Below, in pieces: positions 1-7,647 of a DNA stretch of 64,000 bases. Under the pieces are notes generated by a model. The model saw only the letters and a program-made list of their open reading frames with translations, was not told the DNA's origin and did not search any database. The first letter of the stretch is position 1. Each line of letters starts with the position of its first letter. The stretch lies in the NCBI GenBank assembly GCA_017623675.1, contig JAGAOO010000006.1:16355-80354 (forward strand), written 5' to 3'. The DNA is from Lachnospiraceae bacterium. Lineage in GTDB: Bacteria; Bacillota; Clostridia; Lachnospirales; Lachnospiraceae. A program made the translations under genes and the position numbers.

Positions 1-492
1 CGTCATCAACTCTTCCTTGGTTGCCTGATTCAAATGAACCAGTCCGTCAGTTTCCACAGAATTCATTACAATCTTAGAATAATCCTCACCAATAGCCGGA
101 ATATATACCATACTTCCATCCAGCAACTTCTCAGCCTGATTCACCGCACAAATATCGGCAGTCTCCAGACAACCTCCTGCTGCTTCCAATGCATCACAGA
201 TTCGTGCATCACTCTCCAAATAATACACATCCGGGCAAACAACCTGACCACAAACAAAGACACAAATCTGCTCATGTAAATCTTCTTCCAAGCTATCAGA
301 ATCCATATTCTCTTCTGAATCCTGTCTGGTTGTACCGGATTCCTGCGTACAATCTTCTTGTGAATATGCGGAGGAATCTTCCGTAGCATCTACTAACAAA
401 AAAGTATCCTCTTTCCCTGTACAGCCAGTAAAAGCAGATACACTTGCCAATAGCATTATTCCAAACAATAATTTTTGTAAAACCTTGTGCAA
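1..492 (-). CDS. comEA: ComEA-like competence/DNA-binding lipoprotein, partial (C-terminus lies beyond the window edge)
   Basis: Own translation of the minus strand in frame from pos 492 (TTG start after AGAGGT). It gives HKVLQKLLFGIMLLASVSAFTGC (lipobox), then an SLBB-like VCGQVVCPDVYYLESDARICDALEAAGG...DGSMVYIP, then the start of the HhH part LVHLNQATKEELMT. It is absent from the ORF track because it is open at the edge. Confidence 0.6.
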   Translation of the reverse strand, partial: MHKVLQKLLFGIMLLASVSAFTGCTGKEDTFLLVDATEDSSAYSQEDCTQESGTTRQDSEENMDSDSLEEDLHEQICVFVCGQVVCPDVYYLESDARICDALEAAGGCLETADICAVNQAEKLLDGSMVYIPAIGEDYSKIVMNSVETDGLVHLNQATKEELMT

Positions 493-621
493 TTTCTACC
501 TCTTTCCATTACACAATGTTTATAATATCACACAAAAACATTTTACCATAATTCCTCTTTAATACAATAGGTTTTTTTTTATTTATTTCTTAATTTATTT
601 CTTTTTACCATAAAATATTTT

Positions 622-1059
622 TTACTTCCACTTAAAAATTACTATCCCTACAATCGCCACAATAACACCAATTAATTTGCTCCATTGGAAGCCCACCTTT
701 TCCACTGCGAACAAGCCGAATACTTCAATCAAATACGCCACGACCACCTGGGCTATTACAATTAATAAAACTGCCTGAGCCGGTCCCAGATTCTTCATAC
801 TAAGCATTACGGTTAAAGTAATAAATGCACCTATCACCCCACCTAACAACATATACTTGTTGTCAATCTGGAACAAATCAGAAATTCCCACCTCCTGACG
901 TTCCTTTACCAGCCAAACAATGATACACAGAATCAAACCTGTCAATTGTACCCAGCTATTGGTAAGCCAGGTCCCTGTCTGTTTTGAAACCCCCGTATTG
1001 AATACTCCCTGAATTGCCATTAAAGCTCCTGAAATCAAAGCAATAAGAATGCCCCACAT
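622..1059 (-). CDS. Small DMT-like membrane protein (YdcZ/DUF606-type)
   Basis: 145 aa with about 5 hydrophobic helices. The N-terminus LIALISGALMAIQGVFNTGVSKQTG resembles the DUF606 family as I recall it. Confidence 0.5.
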   Translation of the reverse strand: MWGILIALISGALMAIQGVFNTGVSKQTGTWLTNSWVQLTGLILCIIVWLVKERQEVGISDLFQIDNKYMLLGGVIGAFITLTVMLSMKNLGPAQAVLLIVIAQVVVAYLIEVFGLFAVEKVGFQWSKLIGVIVAIVGIVIFKWK

Positions 1060-1140
1060 AGCTTTGTCCTCCTTTCATAATACGGGTAGTATATGCAGGA
1101 TTTCCCAATCTATACGGGGCAAATCTCTATTTCAATATCT

Positions 1141-2442
1141 CTATTTTAATCGTTCTGTCATTTTCTCCTGTAATCCGTTTAATTCCGTAACCACATCATT
1201 ACCATTCCAGATATTCTTGAAGCAAATTTCTGTATATATCCAGAAATCACCATTTTCTAATGCCTTTGGCACAGGAACTGATTGACAGTATTGACTATAC
1301 ACAACACTTTCATTCCCATCCGCTCGCTCTAAATCAGAACGCACCGCCACTCTCTGAATCAAACCAAATTGATTCTCTGCATACTCATATGACAAATAAG
1401 CAGCAAAAAGATTCGCATATTCTGAATGATGACTAAAGGAGTTCACAAATGCAGCATAGGTAACCGAAAGATTCTGTACCGATAGTTCATCTGACAATAC
1501 CGGCACAGGGCACAATGCATAGGCGCTTCCATAGGTATTTAATTCTTCCAGAACATCTGTCTTTACAATACCATACACTAATGTTCCGTTGGTCAATTCT
1601 GCTTTTACCTGTTCATAGGTACTAGTATCAACATCCATAGAAAAGTATTCATGTAGTGACTGATAATAGGTCATATTCTGAATAACACTTTCATTATTTA
1701 CATTAAATACCGTTGTGTCCTCACCATATTCTCCTAGAATTTCAGCTCCGTTTCCTAAAAATAAGTAATCGTAAAACGGGTCCGCAATGTCCCACCGAAA
1801 AATCACTTTCGTATTTGTCTCATCCTCAAAATTCACCGCAAAATCTGTAATACTGCCAAAACTCCCCGGTTGACCGGTTACTGCTGTATCATAAATCATC
1901 ATAGTAGTATCCAGATAAATTGGATAACCATACTGCTTTCCATCTGAAGTCATTGCAGATTTCGTTACTGCAGGATAATGATTCTCCCAAAATGCTTCCG
2001 TGTATAAAGAATTCTCATCTGCAAAACCGGCAAGATGCAGCTTTCGCACCTCATCATTCGAAGCAATATATACATCCGGTCCATTTCCATTAATATTGGC
2101 TTCATTAATGGCTTCTAAATAGTTTACTTCATCTACATAGGTACAAATCACTTCTACTCCATACCGATTATGAAAATCTACTGCTGCAGCTTCATAATAT
2201 GGTGCTGCTGTCTCATCATCATACCAGAAATTCAGCTGTAGTGGCACCTCTGTACCATCTTCTAAGACGGTAGTCTTCTTTACAGATGCAACGGTTTCCT
2301 CAAAGGTTGCATAGGTCACTTCCACCTCCACCGGTTCTTCTTCCGGTTTACAACCGGAGAATGTGAAGGCAAGCAATAACAATATCACTGCAATGAATAC
2401 CTTGTTTTTCCGTTTTTCCAATGTTTGATTGGCTGTTTTCAT
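1141..2442 (-). CDS. Extracellular solute-binding lipoprotein (ABC substrate-binding, family 1-like), orphan
   Basis: Start moved to the ATG at 2442 (SD AGGAGA upstream). Signal peptide plus lipobox LLAFTFSGC. MalE-like composition. No permease or ATPase genes adjacent. Confidence 0.6.
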   Translation of the reverse strand: MKTANQTLEKRKNKVFIAVILLLLAFTFSGCKPEEEPVEVEVTYATFEETVASVKKTTVLEDGTEVPLQLNFWYDDETAAPYYEAAAVDFHNRYGVEVICTYVDEVNYLEAINEANINGNGPDVYIASNDEVRKLHLAGFADENSLYTEAFWENHYPAVTKSAMTSDGKQYGYPIYLDTTMMIYDTAVTGQPGSFGSITDFAVNFEDETNTKVIFRWDIADPFYDYLFLGNGAEILGEYGEDTTVFNVNNESVIQNMTYYQSLHEYFSMDVDTSTYEQVKAELTNGTLVYGIVKTDVLEELNTYGSAYALCPVPVLSDELSVQNLSVTYAAFVNSFSHHSEYANLFAAYLSYEYAENQFGLIQRVAVRSDLERADGNESVVYSQYCQSVPVPKALENGDFWIYTEICFKNIWNGNDVVTELNGLQEKMTERLK

Positions 2443-2490
2443 AATAATCTCTCCTGTTAATACTTTGGATCGCCAACGCAATATTACCAT

Positions 2491-3414
2491 TTAGAATAAT
2501 GGTTCCTTCAAAATTGCAGTACCAATACCCTTTGTGGTAAAGAATTCCAACAATAGGCAATGTTCCACTCTGCCATCCAATACATGGACTCTTGCAACAC
2601 CATTATTAATGGCATCAATACAATTGGTTAATTTCGGCAGCATTCCGCCGCCAACAACACCCTTTTCAATAAATTCTTCAGCTTCCTCTACTGTCATTTC
2701 AGAAATTAAGGTATTCTTATCCATTGGATCTACAAAAACACCTTCAATATCAGTTAAGAATACCAGTTTTTCAGCCTGAATTGCACGTGCCACGGCACAA
2801 GCGGCATCATCTGCATTAATATTATAAGATGCAAAATCCTCACCTAAACCAATTGGTGCAATAACCGGAATAAAATCATTTTCCAATAAAGTATCAATGA
2901 GATGGCTGTCCACTTTGGTAACCTCACCTACAAATCCAATATCCTTGCCACCCGGTAATTTCTTTTCACAGGTCATCAAACCACCGTCTTTTCCACTGAT
3001 ACCAACAGCCTTTAAGCCCAGCTTCTGCATCATCTGTACCAGACCTTTATTTACTTTAGACAAAACCATTTCTGCAATTTCCATGGTTTCAGCATCCGTT
3101 ACCCGAAGACCATTGACAAATTGAGGCTCCTTACCGGATAATTGTACCCATTTGCTGATTTCCTTACCACCGCCATGAACAATAATTGGTTGTAATCCTA
3201 TTAACTTTAATAATGCCACATCCTTAATTACATTATACTTTAAGTCTTCGTCTAACATGGCACTACCGCCATATTTTACTACAATTTTCTTACCACGGAA
3301 TTTCTGAATAAACGGCAATGCCTCAATCAGCGTCTGTGCTTTAATAATTACCTGATCCATACTGTTTTCATTGTTAATCATCTTTTTAAACCTCATCTTT
3401 CTTTCAATATCCAT
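2491..3414 (-). CDS. argB: Acetylglutamate kinase
   Basis: [18 protein letters not shown] and NINAD motifs. Sits immediately downstream of argJ. The true start may be an internal Met (MINNEN.../MDQV...). Confidence 0.9.
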   Translation of the reverse strand: MDIERKMRFKKMINNENSMDQVIIKAQTLIEALPFIQKFRGKKIVVKYGGSAMLDEDLKYNVIKDVALLKLIGLQPIIVHGGGKEISKWVQLSGKEPQFVNGLRVTDAETMEIAEMVLSKVNKGLVQMMQKLGLKAVGISGKDGGLMTCEKKLPGGKDIGFVGEVTKVDSHLIDTLLENDFIPVIAPIGLGEDFASYNINADDAACAVARAIQAEKLVFLTDIEGVFVDPMDKNTLISEMTVEEAEEFIEKGVVGGGMLPKLTNCIDAINNGVARVHVLDGRVEHCLLLEFFTTKGIGTAILKEPLF

Positions 3415-3435
3415 ACATACAGCTCATACTTGATC

Positions 3436-4674
3436 TTATGAACGGTAATCTGCATTAATTTTTACATAATCATAGGTTAAATCGCAGCCCCATGCTGTAG
3501 CTGTTGCCTCGCCACCATTCACGTCCGCTGTAACAATAACTTTTTGGGGCGACAAAATCTTGGTTGCAAGTTCTTCATCATAATCGGTTGCCATTCCACC
3601 TTCCACAAGAGTTAAGGTTCCTACCTCACTGGAAATTTGAATTTTCACCTGATTAGGGTCAAATTCCGCTCCGGAATATCCCATTGCACACAGGATTCTG
3701 CCCCAGTTAGCATCTGTTCCAAATACTGCTGCTTTCGTCAAATTAGAAGTAATAATAGACTTTGCCAGTATCTTTGCCTGCTTTTTGTCGGACGCATGAA
3801 TTACCGTTGCCTCCAGTAAACGAGTGGCTCCTTCTCCATCTGCCGCTATATTTTGTGCCAAAAATGTCATAACCTGCTTCAATGCAGTTCGGAATACTTC
3901 AAAATCTCCATCCTCTGTTGTTAAAATATCATTTTCTGCTAATCCATTTGCCATCAGAATCACAGTATCATTCGTAGACGTATCTCCATCTACCGATACC
4001 ATATTAAAGGTATCTTCTACGAATTCCTTTAAGCTGGCTTTTAAAAGCTCCTTTGAAATCATAACATCTGTTGTAATTACGGAAAGCATGGTTCCCATAT
4101 TGGGATGAATCATACCAGAGCCCTTACAAATACCTGCAATTCTTGCTGTCTTACCCTTGATTTGGAATTCTAAAGCAATTTCCTTCGGATGGGTATCTGT
4201 TGTCATAATCGCTTCTGCAGCGTCATGAGCAGCCTGTTCTTCGGAGCTTAAGGCTCCCCGTAACGCTTTGACACCTTTTAACAATACCTCCATTGGCAAT
4301 GGCTGTCCGATGACACCTGTTGACATTACCATGACCTGCTCTGGTTGAATTGCTAACTCTGCTGCAACTGCTTCTGCTGTCTTTTTCACATTTTCATATC
4401 CGTCGGAACCGGTACACGCATTTGCAATACCACTGTTCACTACCACTGCCTGTGCAACGCCATACTCCTCTAACATCTTAGCATCCCACTGTACCGGAGC
4501 CGCTTTTACCAGATTCCGCGTAAATACCCCTGCTGCTGCACAAGGTACTTCACTGACAATCATTGCCATATCTTTATTGGTTTTCCCCGGCTTAATACCA
4601 GCCCGTAAGCCGGCCGCCTGAAACCCCTTCGGTGCGGTAATACCACCGTTGATTATTGTAATTGATTCACTCAT
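3436..4674 (-). CDS. argJ: Bifunctional ornithine acetyltransferase / N-acetylglutamate synthase
   Basis: 412 aa with ArgJ-type N-terminus ...GGITAPKGFQAAG... and the autoprocessing region HPNMGTMLSVITTD. Confidence 0.9.
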   Translation of the reverse strand: MSESITIINGGITAPKGFQAAGLRAGIKPGKTNKDMAMIVSEVPCAAAGVFTRNLVKAAPVQWDAKMLEEYGVAQAVVVNSGIANACTGSDGYENVKKTAEAVAAELAIQPEQVMVMSTGVIGQPLPMEVLLKGVKALRGALSSEEQAAHDAAEAIMTTDTHPKEIALEFQIKGKTARIAGICKGSGMIHPNMGTMLSVITTDVMISKELLKASLKEFVEDTFNMVSVDGDTSTNDTVILMANGLAENDILTTEDGDFEVFRTALKQVMTFLAQNIAADGEGATRLLEATVIHASDKKQAKILAKSIITSNLTKAAVFGTDANWGRILCAMGYSGAEFDPNQVKIQISSEVGTLTLVEGGMATDYDEELATKILSPQKVIVTADVNGGEATATAWGCDLTYDYVKINADYRS

Positions 4675-4703
4675 ATGTATTCCTCCTACGAAGTTAATAT
4701 TTT

Positions 4704-5284
4704 ATTAAATTAAGGTTTAGCGCAATACCTGCGACCGCGGTTTTGTGGATATATATTCCCGCACGACACGCTTGCGCTCCAGCCAGCACGTAACGGTACG
4801 TAAGGCTGTGCATCACAATTATTATGTTCTCTCCTCACAAAGCACAGCCTAAGTACCGACGTGCTTCTAAGGTCGTTGCGGAAACATATACCCTCAAAAC
4901 CGCTGCTGTAGGAATGGACAAACCTATAATTTATATTGGGGAAAGTAGTATGGCTCCGCGAGGATTAAACGTTACCACAAACGTTATTGTTTACGTAATT
5001 ATACGCATTGTCAACATTATGGTATCATTGTTTTCGTATGCATTGATACCTTACGCGGAGCAGTACTTTGCTTCCTATATAAATTATGGGTCATTTCGTA
5101 CAGTTGGCTACCGGTTTCTGGTGATAGATAGTTGCAAGCAGACCTTAAAAGCACGTTGGTGCTTAGGTGCGGTGTTGTCGCACCTTATGCACCATTACGT
5201 GCTGACCGGAGCGCAAGCGTGTCTGCGGTAACTATCTGTCATCAGAAACCGATAAAGCGACTAAACCAACAAACCATAATTTAT
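4704..5284 (+). ncRNA. Large structured non-coding element, copy 1 (unclassified; candidate ornate ncRNA or structured MITE)
   Basis: Second copy at 38439-38991 (reverse-complemented). Nested long helices: 4923-4941/5072-5090, 5113-5133/5230-5250, 4765-4780/5208-5223. G-T wobble positions occur only on the + strand. Compensatory substitutions separate the two copies. The overlapping ORF is not conserved in copy 2. Confidence 0.65.
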
Positions 5285-5365
5285 TGCATTCTCCTCTCAA
5301 TAGCGATACAATAGAGCCAGTGTGACAGTCTATGACTGCAAGTATTAAAAATAAGGAGATTACAT

Positions 5366-6553
5366 ATGTTATCACAACACTATATTGATATGACTTCTCA
5401 AAAGTCAGCGATTCGTGAACTTTTTGATTATGGCTCCAAGCGGGCACAGGAAATCGGTTATGAAAATGTATTTGATTACAGCTTAGGTAATCCAAGTGTA
5501 CCGACTCCACAGGCATTTACCGATGCTTTGTTAGATTTAATTCAGAACACAGACCCGGTAAAGCTTCATGGCTACAGCCCAAGCCTTGGTATTCCTTCCG
5601 TTCGTCAGGCAGTTGCAGATTCCCTGAACCAACGGTTCGATATGAATTTTAAAATGGAAGATATCTTCATGGCAGTGGGTGCCGCCGGTGCCATTGCACA
5701 TGCGGTTCGTGCAGTGACTGTACCGGGGGACGAGGTCATTACCTTCGCTCCATTTTTCCCGGAATATTATCACTATGTTAATCAGACCGGTGCTGTTCTA
5801 AAGGTGGTTCCTGCTGACATTACCAGCTTCCAGATTAACTTCGAGGCCTTTGAAGAAATGATTACACCAAAGACCATGGCAGTCTTAATCAACACACCGA
5901 ATAACCCGTCCGGCATTGTGTATTCCACCGCCACCATTGATAAGCTGGCAGCTATTTTAACCGCAAAATCAAAAGAATACGGTCATGAGATTTACATTAT
6001 TTCCGATGAACCTTATCGTGAAATTGTTTTTGCCGGTGTAGATGCACCATTTGTTGCCAAGCACTATGACAACACGATTATCTGCTATTCCTTCAGCAAG
6101 TCCATCTCCCTCCCCGGAGAACGTATTGGCTATGTTGCCGTTAATCCAGCCTGCAAGGATGCTGCATTAATAGTAGACATGTGCGGACAGATTTCCAGAG
6201 GAATCGGGCACAATTGTCCACCTTCTCTGATTCAGCTTGCCGTAGCAAGAGTATTGGATATGACCTCTGATATTTCTGTATATGAGACAAATAAGAACAT
6301 TCTTTATCGGGAATTAACCCGAATTGGTTTCGAGATTGTAGAACCGGGCGGAACCTTCTATATGTTCCCGAAGGCATTGGAAAAAAATGCGGCTGCCTTC
6401 TGTGAACGGGCAAAGCAGCATGATTTGTTACTGGTTCCGAGTGACTCTTTCGGATGTCCGGGACATTTCCGCATCTGCTATTGTATTCCTACAGAAAAGG
6501 TAGAGCGTTCCATTCCGGTATTCGAAGCATTGGCAAAGGAATATTTGGGATAA
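5366..6553 (+). CDS. Class I/II pyridoxal-phosphate-dependent aminotransferase (aspartate/aromatic type)
   Basis: 395 aa with NTPNNPSG and the PLP-lysine motif SFSKSISLPGERIGY. SD AAGGAGA upstream. Confidence 0.8.
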   Translation: MLSQHYIDMTSQKSAIRELFDYGSKRAQEIGYENVFDYSLGNPSVPTPQAFTDALLDLIQNTDPVKLHGYSPSLGIPSVRQAVADSLNQRFDMNFKMEDIFMAVGAAGAIAHAVRAVTVPGDEVITFAPFFPEYYHYVNQTGAVLKVVPADITSFQINFEAFEEMITPKTMAVLINTPNNPSGIVYSTATIDKLAAILTAKSKEYGHEIYIISDEPYREIVFAGVDAPFVAKHYDNTIICYSFSKSISLPGERIGYVAVNPACKDAALIVDMCGQISRGIGHNCPPSLIQLAVARVLDMTSDISVYETNKNILYRELTRIGFEIVEPGGTFYMFPKALEKNAAAFCERAKQHDLLLVPSDSFGCPGHFRICYCIPTEKVERSIPVFEALAKEYLG

Positions 6554-6560
6554 ATGCACT

Positions 6561-6771
6561 CCTTTGTGGCTCCTCGAGCCATGCCATCTCGTCTCGGCTC
6601 TGCCTCGACTCGATGTAGGGCTGTCGCCCTATAAGTAGATACGAGCCATGCTTCAGCTCGATTCCGCTTCGCTCCATCTCGCTGACGGGCTGTCGCCCCT
6701 TTGTGGCTCCTCGAGCCATGCCATCTCGTCTCGGCTCTGCCTCGACTCGATGTAGGGCTGTCGCCCTATAA
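6561..6771 (-). repeat. Tandem intergenic repeat array (3 units of about 65-74 nt; same family as 28050-28239, opposite orientation)
   Basis: 6561-6634 and 6698-6771 are identical (74 nt). The 63 nt between them is a diverged copy sharing GAGCCATGC...GGGCTGTCGCCC. The reverse complement matches the GGGCGACAGCC...GCATGGCT unit of the PFL-locus array. Confidence 0.85.
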
Positions 6772-6838
6772 AAATGGAAAGAACTGCATCGCCATGAGAG
6801 CAATTCTGTTCTCTGACGATGCAGTTCTTTCCATTTTT
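6770..6838. terminator. Bidirectional intrinsic terminator between convergent genes
   Basis: AAAAATGGAAAGAACTGCATCG ... CGATGCAGTTCTTTCCATTTTT is a perfect 22-nt inverted repeat with an A-run and a T-run. Confidence 0.75.
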
Positions 6839-6846
6839 GCATGGCT

Positions 6847-7488
6847 CTATAGTTTCATGTATCCATAGCTATTAACAATAGCATCCAGTTTTTGTCCTGC
6901 TTTGCAGTATGGGCATTCGGTATGGGAATAGGTCTGATATTCCGGGAAATCACTCATCTTAAATATGGAATGAATGGTGTGACCGCTAATTTCATCTGCT
7001 GCTGAGAACAGAGATGATACACCGGCTACACTGCCACCATAGTATTCAATGCATTCCAACGCCCGCTCAATGGTACGTCCGGTAGTCGCAGTTGCCAACA
7101 ACAACAATACATGCTTATCCCTAATCATAGGCTGTAAATTGTCACGGAATACCAACTGTCCCATTGAATTCATTTCCGGTGAAATTACATATATTGTCTG
7201 ATGGGAATTCATAGACATAAAGCCTGCTGCCGATAGTTCTTCGGCCAAATATGCACCAATCACTTCTGTTCCGTCCATACATACAATGGTATCCACAACC
7301 GTGCTATTTACATATTCATGTACAATGGACTTTGCTGCAGCAAGTGCCATACTCTGTCTGGTCTTTAATGTAGTCATATCCATATAGTAATTAATATGGG
7401 AATGGTTCGTAGCAAAATGTCCCGGTATAATTTTTACGGACAAAAAATTGTTATATTGGGAATATACTTTCATTGCTCTATCTTCCAT
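6847..7488 (-). CDS. Phosphoribosyltransferase-domain protein (PRTase family, function unclear)
   Basis: Start moved to the ATG at 7488 (SD AAGGAGG). PRPP-loop-like VLLLLATATTGRT. C-terminal CPYC. Confidence 0.5.
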   Translation of the reverse strand: MEDRAMKVYSQYNNFLSVKIIPGHFATNHSHINYYMDMTTLKTRQSMALAAAKSIVHEYVNSTVVDTIVCMDGTEVIGAYLAEELSAAGFMSMNSHQTIYVISPEMNSMGQLVFRDNLQPMIRDKHVLLLLATATTGRTIERALECIEYYGGSVAGVSSLFSAADEISGHTIHSIFKMSDFPEYQTYSHTECPYCKAGQKLDAIVNSYGYMKL

Positions 7489-7647
7489 AATATCCTCCTT
7501 AGCTGACAGCAGTAAAATCATGCTGTTCTATATTAAGATATGCTTATTTTAACTTTTTTTTCTTTCTTTGTAAAGCATAATACAGATTGACAGCTTTCGC
7601 CATTTTCTCCTATAATTAGATTAAGATTTTACATAAGAGGGATAAAC

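Noticed and set aside
2348-2560. 70-aa minus-strand ORF spanning the argB/SBP junction, plus the N-terminal 16-aa extension of the SBP ORF
   Set aside because: It overlaps the argB 3' end. The SBP gene has a good SD and ATG at 2442 followed by a canonical lipoprotein signal.
4824-5231. 135-aa ORF (and the 60-aa ORF 5132-5314) inside structured element copy 1 as a protein-coding gene
   Set aside because: The homologous region in copy 2 is broken into separate 68-aa, 62-aa and 72-aa ORFs by stops. The peptide similarity simply reflects nucleotide conservation. There is no SD, and the differences between copies are paired helix changes rather than synonymous codon changes.
6489-6842. 117-aa minus-strand ORF
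   Set aside because: It lies entirely within the tandem repeat array and terminator between convergent genes. Its sequence is repeat-generated (duplicated peptide segments), and it has no SD.
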